A stretch of 63,998 nucleotides of DNA, filler included, from an uncultured Myxococcia bacterium (GTDB lineage Bacteria > CAZTWC01): the NCBI GenBank assembly GCA_964617105.1. It is 7 parts of 7 records of this genome, joined end to end, with 100 filler letters (N's around TTAATTAATTAA, not from the genome) between each part and the next. Parts side by side here need not be neighbours in the genome. Positions count along the whole stretch, not along the records: positions 30,076 to 39,993 come from CAZTWC010000129.1; positions 40,094 to 49,903 come from CAZTWC010000130.1; 5 more parts are not named here. One strand, given 5' to 3'. The position numbers and the translations under genes were made by a program. Of this stretch, positions 38,141 to 48,378 are shown piece after piece. Numbering within the stretch: the stretch's first letter is position 1; each line of letters begins with the position of its first letter. The notes below the pieces were generated by a model, which did not search any database, had not been told where the DNA came from, and was given only the letters and a program-made list of their open reading frames with translations.

Positions 38141-39595
38141 CTAAATCAGACTTTGATATAAGTTGTTGTATTCTTTGGCTGATTTGCCCCAGGAAAAGTC
38201 TTTTTTCATCCCTGCCAACATTATTTTCTGCCAACTCTTTTTATCTTGATAGATCGATAGGGCTTTTTTGATAGTGGCGATCATTCTGATGGCAGAGTAA
38301 GGATAGAATTTAAATCCAGTACCGCACTTGCTCTCTTCATCCCACTCATCTACCGTATCGACCAAACCGCCGGTGTTCCTGACAATAGGCACGGTACCAT
38401 ATTTTAGGCTATAAATCTGGTTCAGTCCGCAAGGTTCATACCGGGAAGGCATAAGAAATATATCGCTACCGGCCTCTATTTTATGGGCCAGGGCATTTTC
38501 AAACCCTATTTTAACCGCTATCTTATGCCGGTTATTCTGGGCGATTTTTTCCAGATGATCTTCAATATTCTTGTCACCAGTACCTAAAAAGATAAACTGG
38601 CAATCCAACTCCAGCCACTGTTGGGTGAAATCAATTAAGAGTTCCAACCCCTTTTGCGGGGTCAGTCTGCTGATTACACCGATGAGCGGCGTATCTGCCT
38701 TCCTGGGTAACGAAAACAACTTCTGCAAAGCGGCCTTGCATCGTTTTTTGCCCTTCAGGTTGCTGGAATCATAATTGGCGGAAATAAATTTATCTTTACC
38801 CGGATTCCAGACCGAGTAATCAACTCCATTTAATATTCCGCTTACCACATTGGCTTTTTCTGCCAAAACGCCGTGCAATCCGCAGCCATATTCCTCAGAT
38901 AAAATTTCCTCGGCATAATGAGGACTTACAGTTGTAATGGCATTGGAGAATACTATACCGGTTTTCAAAAAGTTGATTTTACCGTAATATTCCAGTTGCC
39001 GAATGTTAAAGTATTGTTCCGATACATTCAAAGCCTTGAGGTGAGAAGAATCAAACAGCCCCTGAAAAGCTAGATTATGGATAGTTAAAAGGGTTTTGGC
39101 CTGACAGTCCGGATAAAATATGTTTTGGTAAAGGGGGAGCAAACTGGTTTGCCAGTCATTGATATGAATAATATCAAAAGGGTTCCCCAGCGACCGGGAT
39201 AGTTCCAGTGCCGCCAGGCAAAAATAAGCGAAACGCAAATGATTGTCACTATAGTCCTGTGATCCTTCTGCGTAATAAAAATCGCGAATAAAATAGGGTG
39301 GATAATCTAAAAAATATACCGGAATTTCGTACCCGGAATCTTCTTTTTCCAAATTCAGCCGACCCTGGAGAAAACTGGCTCTTATCTTCTGACCATCCAG
39401 AGAAATGTCTTTTCCTATAGGTCCCAGATTGCGTAAATGGTAATGCTTTTTATCTATACCCTTATAAAAAGGTGTGCAAATCGATACCTTTATCCCCATC
39501 TCCTGGAGAGACTTAGGCAAAGATCCGGCCACATCGGCCAAACCACCGCTTTTACTAAAGGGCTCAACTTCTGAAGAGACAAAAAGAATATTCAT
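38141..39595 (-). CDS. glgA: Glycogen synthase
   Basis: KSGGLADV, NDWQT, TIHNLAFQG, PSRYEPCGLNQ, TGGLVDTV. Confidence 0.96.
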   Translation of the reverse strand: MNILFVSSEVEPFSKSGGLADVAGSLPKSLQEMGIKVSICTPFYKGIDKKHYHLRNLGPIGKDISLDGQKIRASFLQGRLNLEKEDSGYEIPVYFLDYPPYFIRDFYYAEGSQDYSDNHLRFAYFCLAALELSRSLGNPFDIIHINDWQTSLLPLYQNIFYPDCQAKTLLTIHNLAFQGLFDSSHLKALNVSEQYFNIRQLEYYGKINFLKTGIVFSNAITTVSPHYAEEILSEEYGCGLHGVLAEKANVVSGILNGVDYSVWNPGKDKFISANYDSSNLKGKKRCKAALQKLFSLPRKADTPLIGVISRLTPQKGLELLIDFTQQWLELDCQFIFLGTGDKNIEDHLEKIAQNNRHKIAVKIGFENALAHKIEAGSDIFLMPSRYEPCGLNQIYSLKYGTVPIVRNTGGLVDTVDEWDEESKCGTGFKFYPYSAIRMIATIKKALSIYQDKKSWQKIMLAGMKKDFSWGKSAKEYNNLYQSLI

Positions 39596-39783
39596 AATTC
39601 TAAATTTGATAGTTATCAGCACTTTTGTCAATAGAAAAAGTTTAACTGGCCGGTAAAAGGCTAACATCTTTTTGATTATTAGATATTAATTCATAAAAAT
39701 TATTTACTTTCCGGTAAAAATATGTGATATATTGTATCTTTTGAAAATCATTTAATTGTCAACGGAGGCGGATAGTAATTTCC

Positions 39784-39993
39784 ATGGATGCCTTATTTAA
39801 AAAATTCGGCTGGATTTTTACCCTGATGTTCTTATCCCTGGCCTCGTATCTTTTAGCTGGTACGGTTAACAACTTTGTAGGTCAACGGTTCTGGACTGTG
39901 CCCCAGCCCGGTCAGGTGGCACCAGAAACAGACTCGGCTAAAGCCGCTAAACCCAAAAAAGATATCAGTTCTATTATAAATCGTAATGTGTTC
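39784..39993 (+). CDS. GspC-like type II secretion protein, N-terminus (partial)
   Basis: RBS GGAGG; LFKKFGW + TM + ...SIINRNVF pattern. Confidence 0.5.
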
Positions 39994-40093
39994 NNNNNNN
40001 NNNNNNNNNNNNNNNNNNNNNNNNNNNNNNNNNNNNNTTAATTAATTAANNNNNNNNNNNNNNNNNNNNNNNNNNNNNNNNNNNNNNNNNNNN

Positions 40094-40727
40094 AGGTCTT
40101 GGGTGGATAAATGCCAACTCTATGAGTTTTAAAGATAGAATTGATAAACAGGGTGACGTGGTCAGGTACAACAACGAAATATTCAAACAGGGCAATATTG
40201 CTGCCGCCCTTTTTTCTGTTTCTACCACCCTGGTAATAACTTTTTCCGTAATAGAGATAGATCCGCTCAACACCACTGGATTTCCATTAACCGCCGCTAT
40301 CAATGCTGCCGGTGTTCTTCTAATCGGGATCCTGTTTATTCTGGTTCATACCTTGATTGTGCTGGGGTTGAAGAACAACTTGCTGGATGAAGTTTTTATC
40401 GACAACAACCTGGGAGCGGCTGCCTCCCTGTTGGGATTTATTGCCGGCGCCCTGTATGCTCTCCACTTGTTTGTTCAAAAACTACCCGATTATATGAGTA
40501 TTTTTTCAACTGACCTGATGGTTTTAAAGAGCATTTTATTGTGTATGGTTTTCTTTATTCCCATAAAAATGGCGGTCATCTGGCTGATTAACCTAAAAGG
40601 CTGCCGGCCTCATGGCGTAACGTATCGTCAACTGCTGATCCAAAAGGATATAGCTTCGGTGGGAATTTTGGACGGCCTGATCAATTTCCTGATATTCTTT
40701 TCCTGGCCCATGGTGGCTTTGAGTTAA
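40094..40727 (+). CDS. DUF350-like membrane protein (probably 5' partial)
   Basis: Repeated EIFKQGNIAAA / EVFIDNNLGAA / LLIQKDIASVG motifs, each followed by TM helices. Confidence 0.6.
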
Positions 40728-40748
40728 CAGCCCGCCCGGTCTAAAACA

Positions 40749-42485
40749 ATGCCTAAGATTGAATTAAATAAAAGCAACCTGCTTTTACCTTTTTGCCTTT
40801 TATTAAGCGGCTTCTGCGGGATTGTGGCTGAACTTTCCCTGTTTAGCCTGGCCACCACCCTGGTGGGAGGGTATTTGTTCACCCTGATGATCACCATGGG
40901 GGTGATGATGTTTTTTATGGGGGTGGGCGGAGGAGTTACCAGGTTTATTAAAGATGCTAAAATCAACTATTTTATTTGGTTGGAGATGGCTATCTCTATT
41001 CTCACTGCCGCCAGTGTTCCCCTTATCTATTTGTTATCCGCCATTTTTCCCTTTGCCACTATCTTCATGCTGGTTTTATTCAGTATCTGCATCGGCACCT
41101 TGATAGGTATGGAGATCCCAGTGGTAATGAGGATTGCCGCCAGGGAGGGTGTCGGCTTAAAAGTCAATACCTCTTTCTGTTTTGCCGCCGACTATCTGGG
41201 AAGTTTTATCGGTTTTGCCATCTTTCCCTATTGGCTATATCCAATCATGGGACTCTTCAAAACGGTTTTGCTCTCCGGGGCCATAAATGCCCTGGTGGCT
41301 TTAACGGCCATCTATTTGTTGGGTGGGCGAAAATCGAGAGGAAGGCACTACCTCCGGGTAATGGTTTTAGTTTTTATTTTAGTAGCGGCCTGGGTTTTGG
41401 AACCCTCTTTTACCACCTATTCCCGGCAACTCCATTTTCGGGACAAGGTTATCTGGAACCACCGAAGCCTATATCAGGAACTCACTATCACCTCTAACCA
41501 AGAACAGGGAAATCCCCTTTACAACCGCCACTATCTAAAAAAAGAGAGAAACGGCCAAACAATATTAAATACTCCGCGGATACAGGTTATCGATGCCAGC
41601 ACCGCTAATGCATACGGCCTGGAAGAGGATATCCGTTTGTTTATTGACGGAAATCTGCAATTCTCCACCGAGGATGAGTTTCGTTACCATGAGATATTGG
41701 TGCACCCGGCCGCTTTTCTAATCCAAAAAATTATTGCTAATCCTGGCGCACCTCTTAAGAACGGAAAGACCCGGGATTTCAATGCCGGTAACCAATCAAA
41801 TCAGAGTACGGTCGCTAAAGTCCTGGTAATGGGTGGCGGCGATGGTATGGCGGTTCGGGAGTTGTTAAAATACCGTCATATTGAGCAGATCACCCTGGTT
41901 GATATTGATCCCCAGGTGACCGAGATGTTCAAACACCACCCCCTGTTGAAAAAAATGAACCTCAATGCCCTGAACCATCCCCGGGTAGAGATAGTAAACC
42001 AGGATGCTTTCGAGTTTATCTCCAGGGAGCATCAACTTTACCACCTGGTGATTCTCGATTTTCCCGATCCCCGCAATCACGATTTGGCCAAACTCTACTC
42101 TTTGGAGTTTTATCAATATGTCAAATTATCACTGGCGCCTGGCGCTATAGTGGCTACCCAGAGTTGTTCGCCCCTCTATTCGCCCAAAAGCTTTTATACC
42201 ATTAAAAAGACCATGCAGGCCGCCGGGTTTAATGTGCTAAGTCTACATCAAAACATGAAAAGTTTTGACGAATGGGGATTTCAAATAGGCTCTCTTAAGA
42301 TGACCGAAAAACAGATGGCCAACCGTTTGGAGCAGTTTCAGGAGTTAGTGCCTACCAAGTTTCTAAACCGCCAGGCTGTGCAGGCCGCCTTCCGCTGGGG
42401 AAAAGATCTGTCAATTGACCCGAAGCAATTGCCGGAGAACACGGTGATGAATCTATCTTTGGTCAATGTCTATAACCGGAAATAG
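40749..42485 (+). CDS. speE: Membrane-fused polyamine aminopropyltransferase (spermidine synthase-like)
   Basis: TM domain with GMEIP and DYLG; LFIDGNLQF, DEFRYHE, GGGDG, VDID, DFPDP. Confidence 0.88.
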   Translation: MPKIELNKSNLLLPFCLLLSGFCGIVAELSLFSLATTLVGGYLFTLMITMGVMMFFMGVGGGVTRFIKDAKINYFIWLEMAISILTAASVPLIYLLSAIFPFATIFMLVLFSICIGTLIGMEIPVVMRIAAREGVGLKVNTSFCFAADYLGSFIGFAIFPYWLYPIMGLFKTVLLSGAINALVALTAIYLLGGRKSRGRHYLRVMVLVFILVAAWVLEPSFTTYSRQLHFRDKVIWNHRSLYQELTITSNQEQGNPLYNRHYLKKERNGQTILNTPRIQVIDASTANAYGLEEDIRLFIDGNLQFSTEDEFRYHEILVHPAAFLIQKIIANPGAPLKNGKTRDFNAGNQSNQSTVAKVLVMGGGDGMAVRELLKYRHIEQITLVDIDPQVTEMFKHHPLLKKMNLNALNHPRVEIVNQDAFEFISREHQLYHLVILDFPDPRNHDLAKLYSLEFYQYVKLSLAPGAIVATQSCSPLYSPKSFYTIKKTMQAAGFNVLSLHQNMKSFDEWGFQIGSLKMTEKQMANRLEQFQELVPTKFLNRQAVQAAFRWGKDLSIDPKQLPENTVMNLSLVNVYNRK

Positions 42486-42587
42486 CCCATAAAGATCTAA
42501 ATATTACTCGCATTGTTGGCAAATTCTATTGATGATTGTATAATAAACTTTTACCAGATATTCACCATTTAAATAACAGGAGAAACC

Positions 42588-43276
42588 ATGACCGGCAATC
42601 ACCATGAAAAAAAAAATACACCCTGGTTGATTACCTGAATTTACGAAAGCAAGAGTCTTTGGAGATTATCAACGGGCAAATTTTTAGTATGGATTTTACT
42701 CCCCGGGAGAAACACCAGTTGGTGAGAGACAGTCTATTTTCTCTGCTTAAAAATAGACTGGCAGGTATTATTGCAAACTGTGGTAAAAACCAAAAGTTAA
42801 CCGAAGTTCAGAAAAATGGACTGGCCAATAGATTGCTGGTTGGCCCAGATCTGGAGATGGCTCTGGACAACCTGAACCTGGTGCGTCCGGATTTGGTATT
42901 GTTAGCAGGAGATATTGATTTTGTACCTGGGCTAGAATACATCGATTCTGTTGGCGGGCCAGAAAGCATTGATTGCACTGCCGGGATAGAAAACCAGGAG
43001 GCTGAGTCCAGCCAGATTATCAGAAGTCAGGCCCTTCTTGTGGCCGAAGTGCTTTCTGGCCCTACCTTGGTGAAAGATAAGCGGGAAAAACGGGATCTTT
43101 ACATGGAAAAGGGAGTAAAAGAGTACTTGATCGCCTATCCAGACTCTGAATATATTGAACACTATTCACTTATAGATGGGCGTTACTATCCCCCTCAAAT
43201 AGTGGCTAAAGGTGAGATGCTGCGGCTGGAGCACCTGGAAATAAGTTTGGCGGTGGACCAGATATTTTCCTTTTAG
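42588..43276 (+). CDS. Uma2 family endonuclease, reading frame broken at an A10 tract
   Basis: RBS AGGAG plus ATG 42588; downstream frame YTLVDYLNL...EIINGQI...RPDL...AEVLS...GVKEY. Confidence 0.75.
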
Positions 43277-43495
43277 AACGAGTGGTTTTATGGAAGGAAC
43301 TCAAGAGTGGGGCCTTAATCATCAAGATAATATGCCTGGAGTGACCCAGTACGATCCGGAATGTTTTGTTGCTGAAACAAAATGAGCCTATTGAATAATA
43401 TTTATATTAATGATATAAAAATGACATTAATATATCAACCAGACTTATACTGGTTTTGACCGCCAGAAGCATGAGAACATATAAAGGGGAAAAAT

Positions 43496-44449
43496 ATGAA
43501 GGGACGGACAATATTATTTGTTGATGAGGATGAGAAAAACACCCGTTTTTGCAAACGGATCCTCTCGGCCACCAGGGCTAAAGTTTTCACCACCAGACGT
43601 ATTGATGAGGCTCTGGATCTTCTAATCTCCAACCGTTTCGACCTGGTGTTTGCCGACTTCTCCTGCCGCAAAATACTGGAGGCTGCTTCTAAAATCAATC
43701 GAAATACCAAAACCGTAATGTTGGCTCAACGTCCCCTTGAACAATTAATCGACTATTTTGCCAAATCCCCCTTTGTGACAAGTTTTTTAGCCAAGAATCC
43801 AGAAAATGGAAAAAGCCAGATAGACCCGATGGACCTTCTGTTAACCACTGAAAAGATATTGCGCAACGATATCTTTGGTATAGAAAAATACATGAAGTGG
43901 GGTATTGAACCTACCATTTATCAACTCTATGATTCAGATCGGCGCGAAGAATATATGGATAAAGTGTCTGAGTTTTGCAAAAGCCTGGGCTGCCGCGAAT
44001 CATTGATAAAAATTGTCATTTCCCTGTGTGATGAATTTTTGATGAACGCTCTGTACGATGCTCCCTTGGCTGCCGGAGTTCTTGTTCCTGAAAAACGGAA
44101 AGAGAGGGTGGTTTTAGCTCCTGAACATTGCCCAACTTTTAAATTTGCTTCTGATGGAGATCTTTTGGCCATTTCGGTGGAAGATCCTTTTGGGGCTATT
44201 GGACGGGAAACCATCCTGGCCTATCTGAACAAGTGCTTTTCCAGAGGCAATGATCAAATCGATAGCAAGGTTGGTGGCGCCGGACTGGGACTCTACTTCA
44301 TTTGGCGCTCAGTAAGCCAGTTTATTATCAATGTGGAGCCAGGAGTAAGGTCTGAATTTATCGGGATTATCGATCTCTCTCTGACCATGAAAGAGTTTAA
44401 AAAGCGGATAAAATCTTTCCACTATTTCAGCACTCAATACCCTCAATAA
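43496..44449 (+). CDS. Receiver-like plus HATPase-like regulatory protein
   Basis: ILFVDED, DLVFAD; DEFLMNALYDAP, VEDPFG, GAGLGL. Confidence 0.7.
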   Translation: MKGRTILFVDEDEKNTRFCKRILSATRAKVFTTRRIDEALDLLISNRFDLVFADFSCRKILEAASKINRNTKTVMLAQRPLEQLIDYFAKSPFVTSFLAKNPENGKSQIDPMDLLLTTEKILRNDIFGIEKYMKWGIEPTIYQLYDSDRREEYMDKVSEFCKSLGCRESLIKIVISLCDEFLMNALYDAPLAAGVLVPEKRKERVVLAPEHCPTFKFASDGDLLAISVEDPFGAIGRETILAYLNKCFSRGNDQIDSKVGGAGLGLYFIWRSVSQFIINVEPGVRSEFIGIIDLSLTMKEFKKRIKSFHYFSTQYPQ

Positions 44450-44450
44450 C

Positions 44451-45239
44451 CTATCGACCCTTCCATTTGGGAGGGTTTTTCTTAAAAAAGCACTCGGTAG
44501 CCTGGCGATGATCCTCGGAATCCCAGGTGATGCTGAACAATTCCCCCTCAAGTTGCATAGAAGAAGATGACCCCATATCTTTAGATTTATCCACTGCCCT
44601 TTTAATCATTCGCACTGCCAGAGGAGGTTTTTTAGCGATTTTTCCCGCCATTTCCAGCGCGGCATCCAGGGCATGACCCGGTTCGGTTACCTGGTCCACC
44701 AAACCCATTTCCAAAGCCTGGTCAGCCTTTATTTCCTCAGCAGTTAGTAGCACTATTAATGTTTTTGAACGTCCCAGCAGGTGATAGAGGCGGGTAGCGG
44801 CTCCCCAGCCAGGAGTTACGGCAAAATCGACCTGCTTGAAAGAGAAGATAGCCTGGGCTGAGCAGATCCTGATATCGCAAGCCACCGCGATTTCACAGCC
44901 GCCTCCATAGGCATTTCCCTCAACCGCGGCAATCACCGGGATATCCAGACCTTCCAGAGTGGATAAAATTCGCCGCATCCGCAAAGACATCTGCCGGGCT
45001 TTGTGAATATCGTCAATCTGTTGGAAATATTTTAAATCACCACCAGAAACAAATATCTGTTTCGATCCACTGATAACCAGGGCCAAACTTTCCTGATCTG
45101 CTTCTACCTGGTCCAGGAAATGCTCAAGATCATCCATAGTGTCGAAATCTATGGCATTCATGGCTTCAGGCCGGTTAAAAGTGAGGATTAAAACTTTTCC
45201 CCGCTTTTCAACTAAAATATTTTTATATCCATTTATCAT
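44451..45239 (-). CDS. Enoyl-CoA hydratase/isomerase family
   Basis: NRPEAMNA, FVSGGDL, GGGCEIAVACD, PGWG. Confidence 0.93.
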   Translation of the reverse strand: MINGYKNILVEKRGKVLILTFNRPEAMNAIDFDTMDDLEHFLDQVEADQESLALVISGSKQIFVSGGDLKYFQQIDDIHKARQMSLRMRRILSTLEGLDIPVIAAVEGNAYGGGCEIAVACDIRICSAQAIFSFKQVDFAVTPGWGAATRLYHLLGRSKTLIVLLTAEEIKADQALEMGLVDQVTEPGHALDAALEMAGKIAKKPPLAVRMIKRAVDKSKDMGSSSSMQLEGELFSITWDSEDHRQATECFFKKNPPKWKGR

Positions 45240-45277
45240 ATTGATACGATCCTGTATTTCTGTATTATAGTATAGTT

Positions 45278-45520
45278 TCAGTGGCACCCTCCTCCTGAAC
45301 CGCAACTGCTACAACTGGAACAGGAGTCGGATGAGCAACTATCGCAGGAACCTCCGGCCGAAGAGGAGTATTTACTCGAAGATTTAAAACTCACGGCGCT
45401 TAAAAGTCTTTTTACCTTCGCAGAGTCGCACTTCGGGCATTTAATATCCTCAGTTGAGCTGAATACCAACTCTTCGAACTCATCTTCGCAACCCAGGCAT
45501 TTAAATTCATAAATAGGCAT
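45278..45520 (-). CDS. FmdB family zinc-ribbon protein
   Basis: MPIYEFKCLGC...FE...CPKC plus Cys-rich tail; RBS GGAGG. Confidence 0.9.
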   Translation of the reverse strand: MPIYEFKCLGCEDEFEELVFSSTEDIKCPKCDSAKVKRLLSAVSFKSSSKYSSSAGGSCDSCSSDSCSSCSSCGSGGGCH

Positions 45521-45540
45521 CTTTTTAAACCTCCATTTAA

Positions 45541-46113
45541 CTATGGTATATTATTTCTACGCTTTATCACATTATCAATTGATATTTTATGTTCTTTTAT
45601 AATCAGCAAATAAAAGGGTAATAGCAATAAAATAAAATCTCTTATCAAGGTTAGGCTGCTAATAGGAGCCTGGTCCATGGATGATGAGGCAAAACAGCCG
45701 CAGGATAATTGCAGCCCTTTGAAAAGAGCCACAGCAATAGCCGTGGTAAACATCATCAGCATGGCTCCCGCTAGTAGGCTGGTCCCCTTGATGCAGAAAC
45801 CAACTATAAGCAGCCCGCCCACCATCAACTCCAGCCAGGGGAGGATAATAGCCTGTAAATTAATCAGATATAGAGGCAATATCTGGTAGGTGGCTATATC
45901 CACTGCAAACTGTCGCGGCTCAGCAATTTTATGAAAACTGGCATAGATAAACATCACCCCTAAAACCATGCGAACCAAAAGTGAAATCCAGCCGTGACCA
46001 GGCCAAGCCATAAAAGTCCGCCAGATTTTTCTACTGTTCTTTCTGGTCTGGGCAACGGCCGGCACCCCAGTATGAGAAATTTCCGACTCTTGATTAATGT
46101 TTTTTAAGGTCAT
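45541..46113 (-). CDS. DoxX/MauE family membrane protein
   Basis: R..LG.MFIYAS..K, LPWLE, CGCF, RD motif. Confidence 0.88.
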   Translation of the reverse strand: MTLKNINQESEISHTGVPAVAQTRKNSRKIWRTFMAWPGHGWISLLVRMVLGVMFIYASFHKIAEPRQFAVDIATYQILPLYLINLQAIILPWLELMVGGLLIVGFCIKGTSLLAGAMLMMFTTAIAVALFKGLQLSCGCFASSSMDQAPISSLTLIRDFILLLLPFYLLIIKEHKISIDNVIKRRNNIP

Positions 46114-47535
46114 GCAACATCTTTTTCACTGGTTCATTTTCTGGATTGATTGATAGCGCTTGATGCAAATACTCCTGAGCCTTTTGAGCAAGATCATCTT
46201 TCTCTTTTTGGTTTGCAGCCTTTTTTCGTTTCTCCAGAAAGAGTTGTCCCAATTGGATAAGAGCCCCTGAGTGTTTCTTATCTTTCTCTATTATATCCAG
46301 AAATATGCTCTCTGCCAAGTGGCTTTCACCGGTTTCCAGCAGTACCTGTCCCAGCCGGTGATGGTGAGATATAACATCTGGTTCAAGAACAGTTAATATT
46401 TTCAGCCACTTTCTGGCCAGCATAAACCTGCGCGCCTTAATTTCGATTTTTGCCAGCCATTGGTAGGCCTTTTGATTAAAAGGGTCAAGGCGCAAGGTTT
46501 CTTTCAGGTAAAGCCGGGCTTTTTCCGGTTTTTGCAGAGAGGTATATACAAATCCCAGGTAGAGGTAGTTGTCGGGGCAGAGAGGATAGTTTACCTTTCC
46601 CTGTTCAAACTCCTGGATGGCGCCGGACAGGTTGCTCAACTTAAACTTGGCTAGACCTCTGATAGTATGCAGCATGGGCATATGGGGTGATGTTGTTTCT
46701 ATACTATCAAGGATATCAATAGTAGCCAGGGGTTGGTCTGCCTTTTCCAGATATTCTATGGCTTTTTTCATTATGGGGTCTATTTTTCCTTTAGTGCCGC
46801 AAAATAATCCCATCAATCCCGAGATAATTAACTGCCCATTTTTTATCTGTTTTGAAGATGGTTCAAGAGTTAAAAAACGGCTTATTTCGTCCAGCCCATC
46901 AGTCAGGTTGGTTAATTTGAACAGGGCGGCTGCTCTTAACAGGCTATAGGAAGGCTTTTTCGGGTCAAGTTTGATGGCTCGGTTAAAATTATCCAGGGCT
47001 GATTGAGGGTTATCTGTTTCCAACTCTATCAGGCCCAGTCGAAAATAGTATTCTCCCTTTCCGGGCTGGTTTTTTATGGCGGTTAGCATTTGCTTCCGGG
47101 CCTGAAGATAGAGTGATTTTTTTGGGACTGGCAGGTCGGTTGAATTGGTATGGTTTGGTTTATGAGAGACTTTTATTTTGGATTGGGCAAATAACAGTAT
47201 AGCCAACTGGTAATGAATAGTGGAAGATGCCCGACTAGAGGCTGTTTTTTTTCGTAACTCTTGCTCAAGTTCACTGGAACAACCAATTTGGAGGCAAATT
47301 TTTACCTCCTGACGAAGGGCATGAAAATTGATTTCTCTTTTGATAATTTGGCGATAATAGATGCGGCTTTTGGACAGGTCGCCTTTTTTTCCGCTTCCAT
47401 GGCCAGGTTAAGCAGCCTGGAAATGGAGATGGGCCGGCTATTTTTTTGGGGCGATGCACAGGAGAAGATAATTGCCAGATAAAGCAGTGTCCACCCGTAA
47501 ATTAACTTGATTGTAAATTTGCAGCAGACCGACAC
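46094..47535 (-). CDS. TPR lipoprotein split by a -1 frameshift near 47387
   Basis: Lipobox IIFSC in 47302-47535; after A AAA AAG the -1 frame reads KKGDLSKSRIYYRQII... and stays open into the TPR ORF 46094-47206. Confidence 0.7.
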
Positions 47536-47544
47536 CTGTTCTAT

Positions 47545-48312
47545 TTACTCTTGTTTGCTGCACTCGCATTTGTGCATATTATCCTGTCCTGTCTGGCATC
47601 CACCAGCATCATCACCTAGTTTAAGATACCCGGTAGACTGGTCTGAGCAAGGACATTGAGGACCACCATCAACGGCGGGTGTGTCTGGGCGCAGGCAACC
47701 CCAGCAGACTTCGATTGGAAAGGTAAATTTGTTGCTGTTAATCGATTCGCCGCCTAAAGTAAAACCATTTAAAGTTATGGTGGCTTTTAAAGTTATAGGA
47801 TCTTTATTACTGGTAAAAGCAGTTTTTAGATTATTAAACACTAAACTGTTGGTAACCGGGAAACCCACTGCACTGGGTGTATCAACACCGGCTTTAATGA
47901 TCCCCGGTATAATATGCTCTAAAACTTTGGTACCAATATCTCTACTGTCACTTTCATATTCTTGAGCTGATGAATAATTACGTTCAATCTCTATTTTGAC
48001 ATTTTTTAGTTGGATATCATTGGCGGTTCCATATTGAACCTTGTCTTGGGATTTGCCAATAATCGGTGGTTCGCGGTGATTTTGAACTGCCAAAGTCAGG
48101 TAGTAATTGTAATTTTGGCCAAAAGAGATATCCCAAATGCCTTTGAATACATTGTTGCCGGTGCCGGAATAGACACATTTTTTAACATCAGTAGGCACCA
48201 GGGCGTTGGAGATAATCAGGTCCGAAGTTTCCTGAACCATGCAACTGCCCATTAAAAGGGTGGATATCAACATTATCACAGTAACCGAGGAGATAAAATT
48301 TACATTTTTCAT
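47545..48312 (-). CDS. Cys-rich lipoprotein (myxobacterial-like)
   Basis: Lipobox LMGSC; RBS GGAGG; C-terminal FTFPIEVCWGC...CQTGQD. Confidence 0.7.
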   Translation of the reverse strand: MKNVNFISSVTVIMLISTLLMGSCMVQETSDLIISNALVPTDVKKCVYSGTGNNVFKGIWDISFGQNYNYYLTLAVQNHREPPIIGKSQDKVQYGTANDIQLKNVKIEIERNYSSAQEYESDSRDIGTKVLEHIIPGIIKAGVDTPSAVGFPVTNSLVFNNLKTAFTSNKDPITLKATITLNGFTLGGESINSNKFTFPIEVCWGCLRPDTPAVDGGPQCPCSDQSTGYLKLGDDAGGCQTGQDNMHKCECSKQE

Positions 48313-48378
48313 ACAATAAACCTCCAGAAATAATCCTAGTATAAATTCGAGGGAATTGGATATACTTTATCAGTTTTT

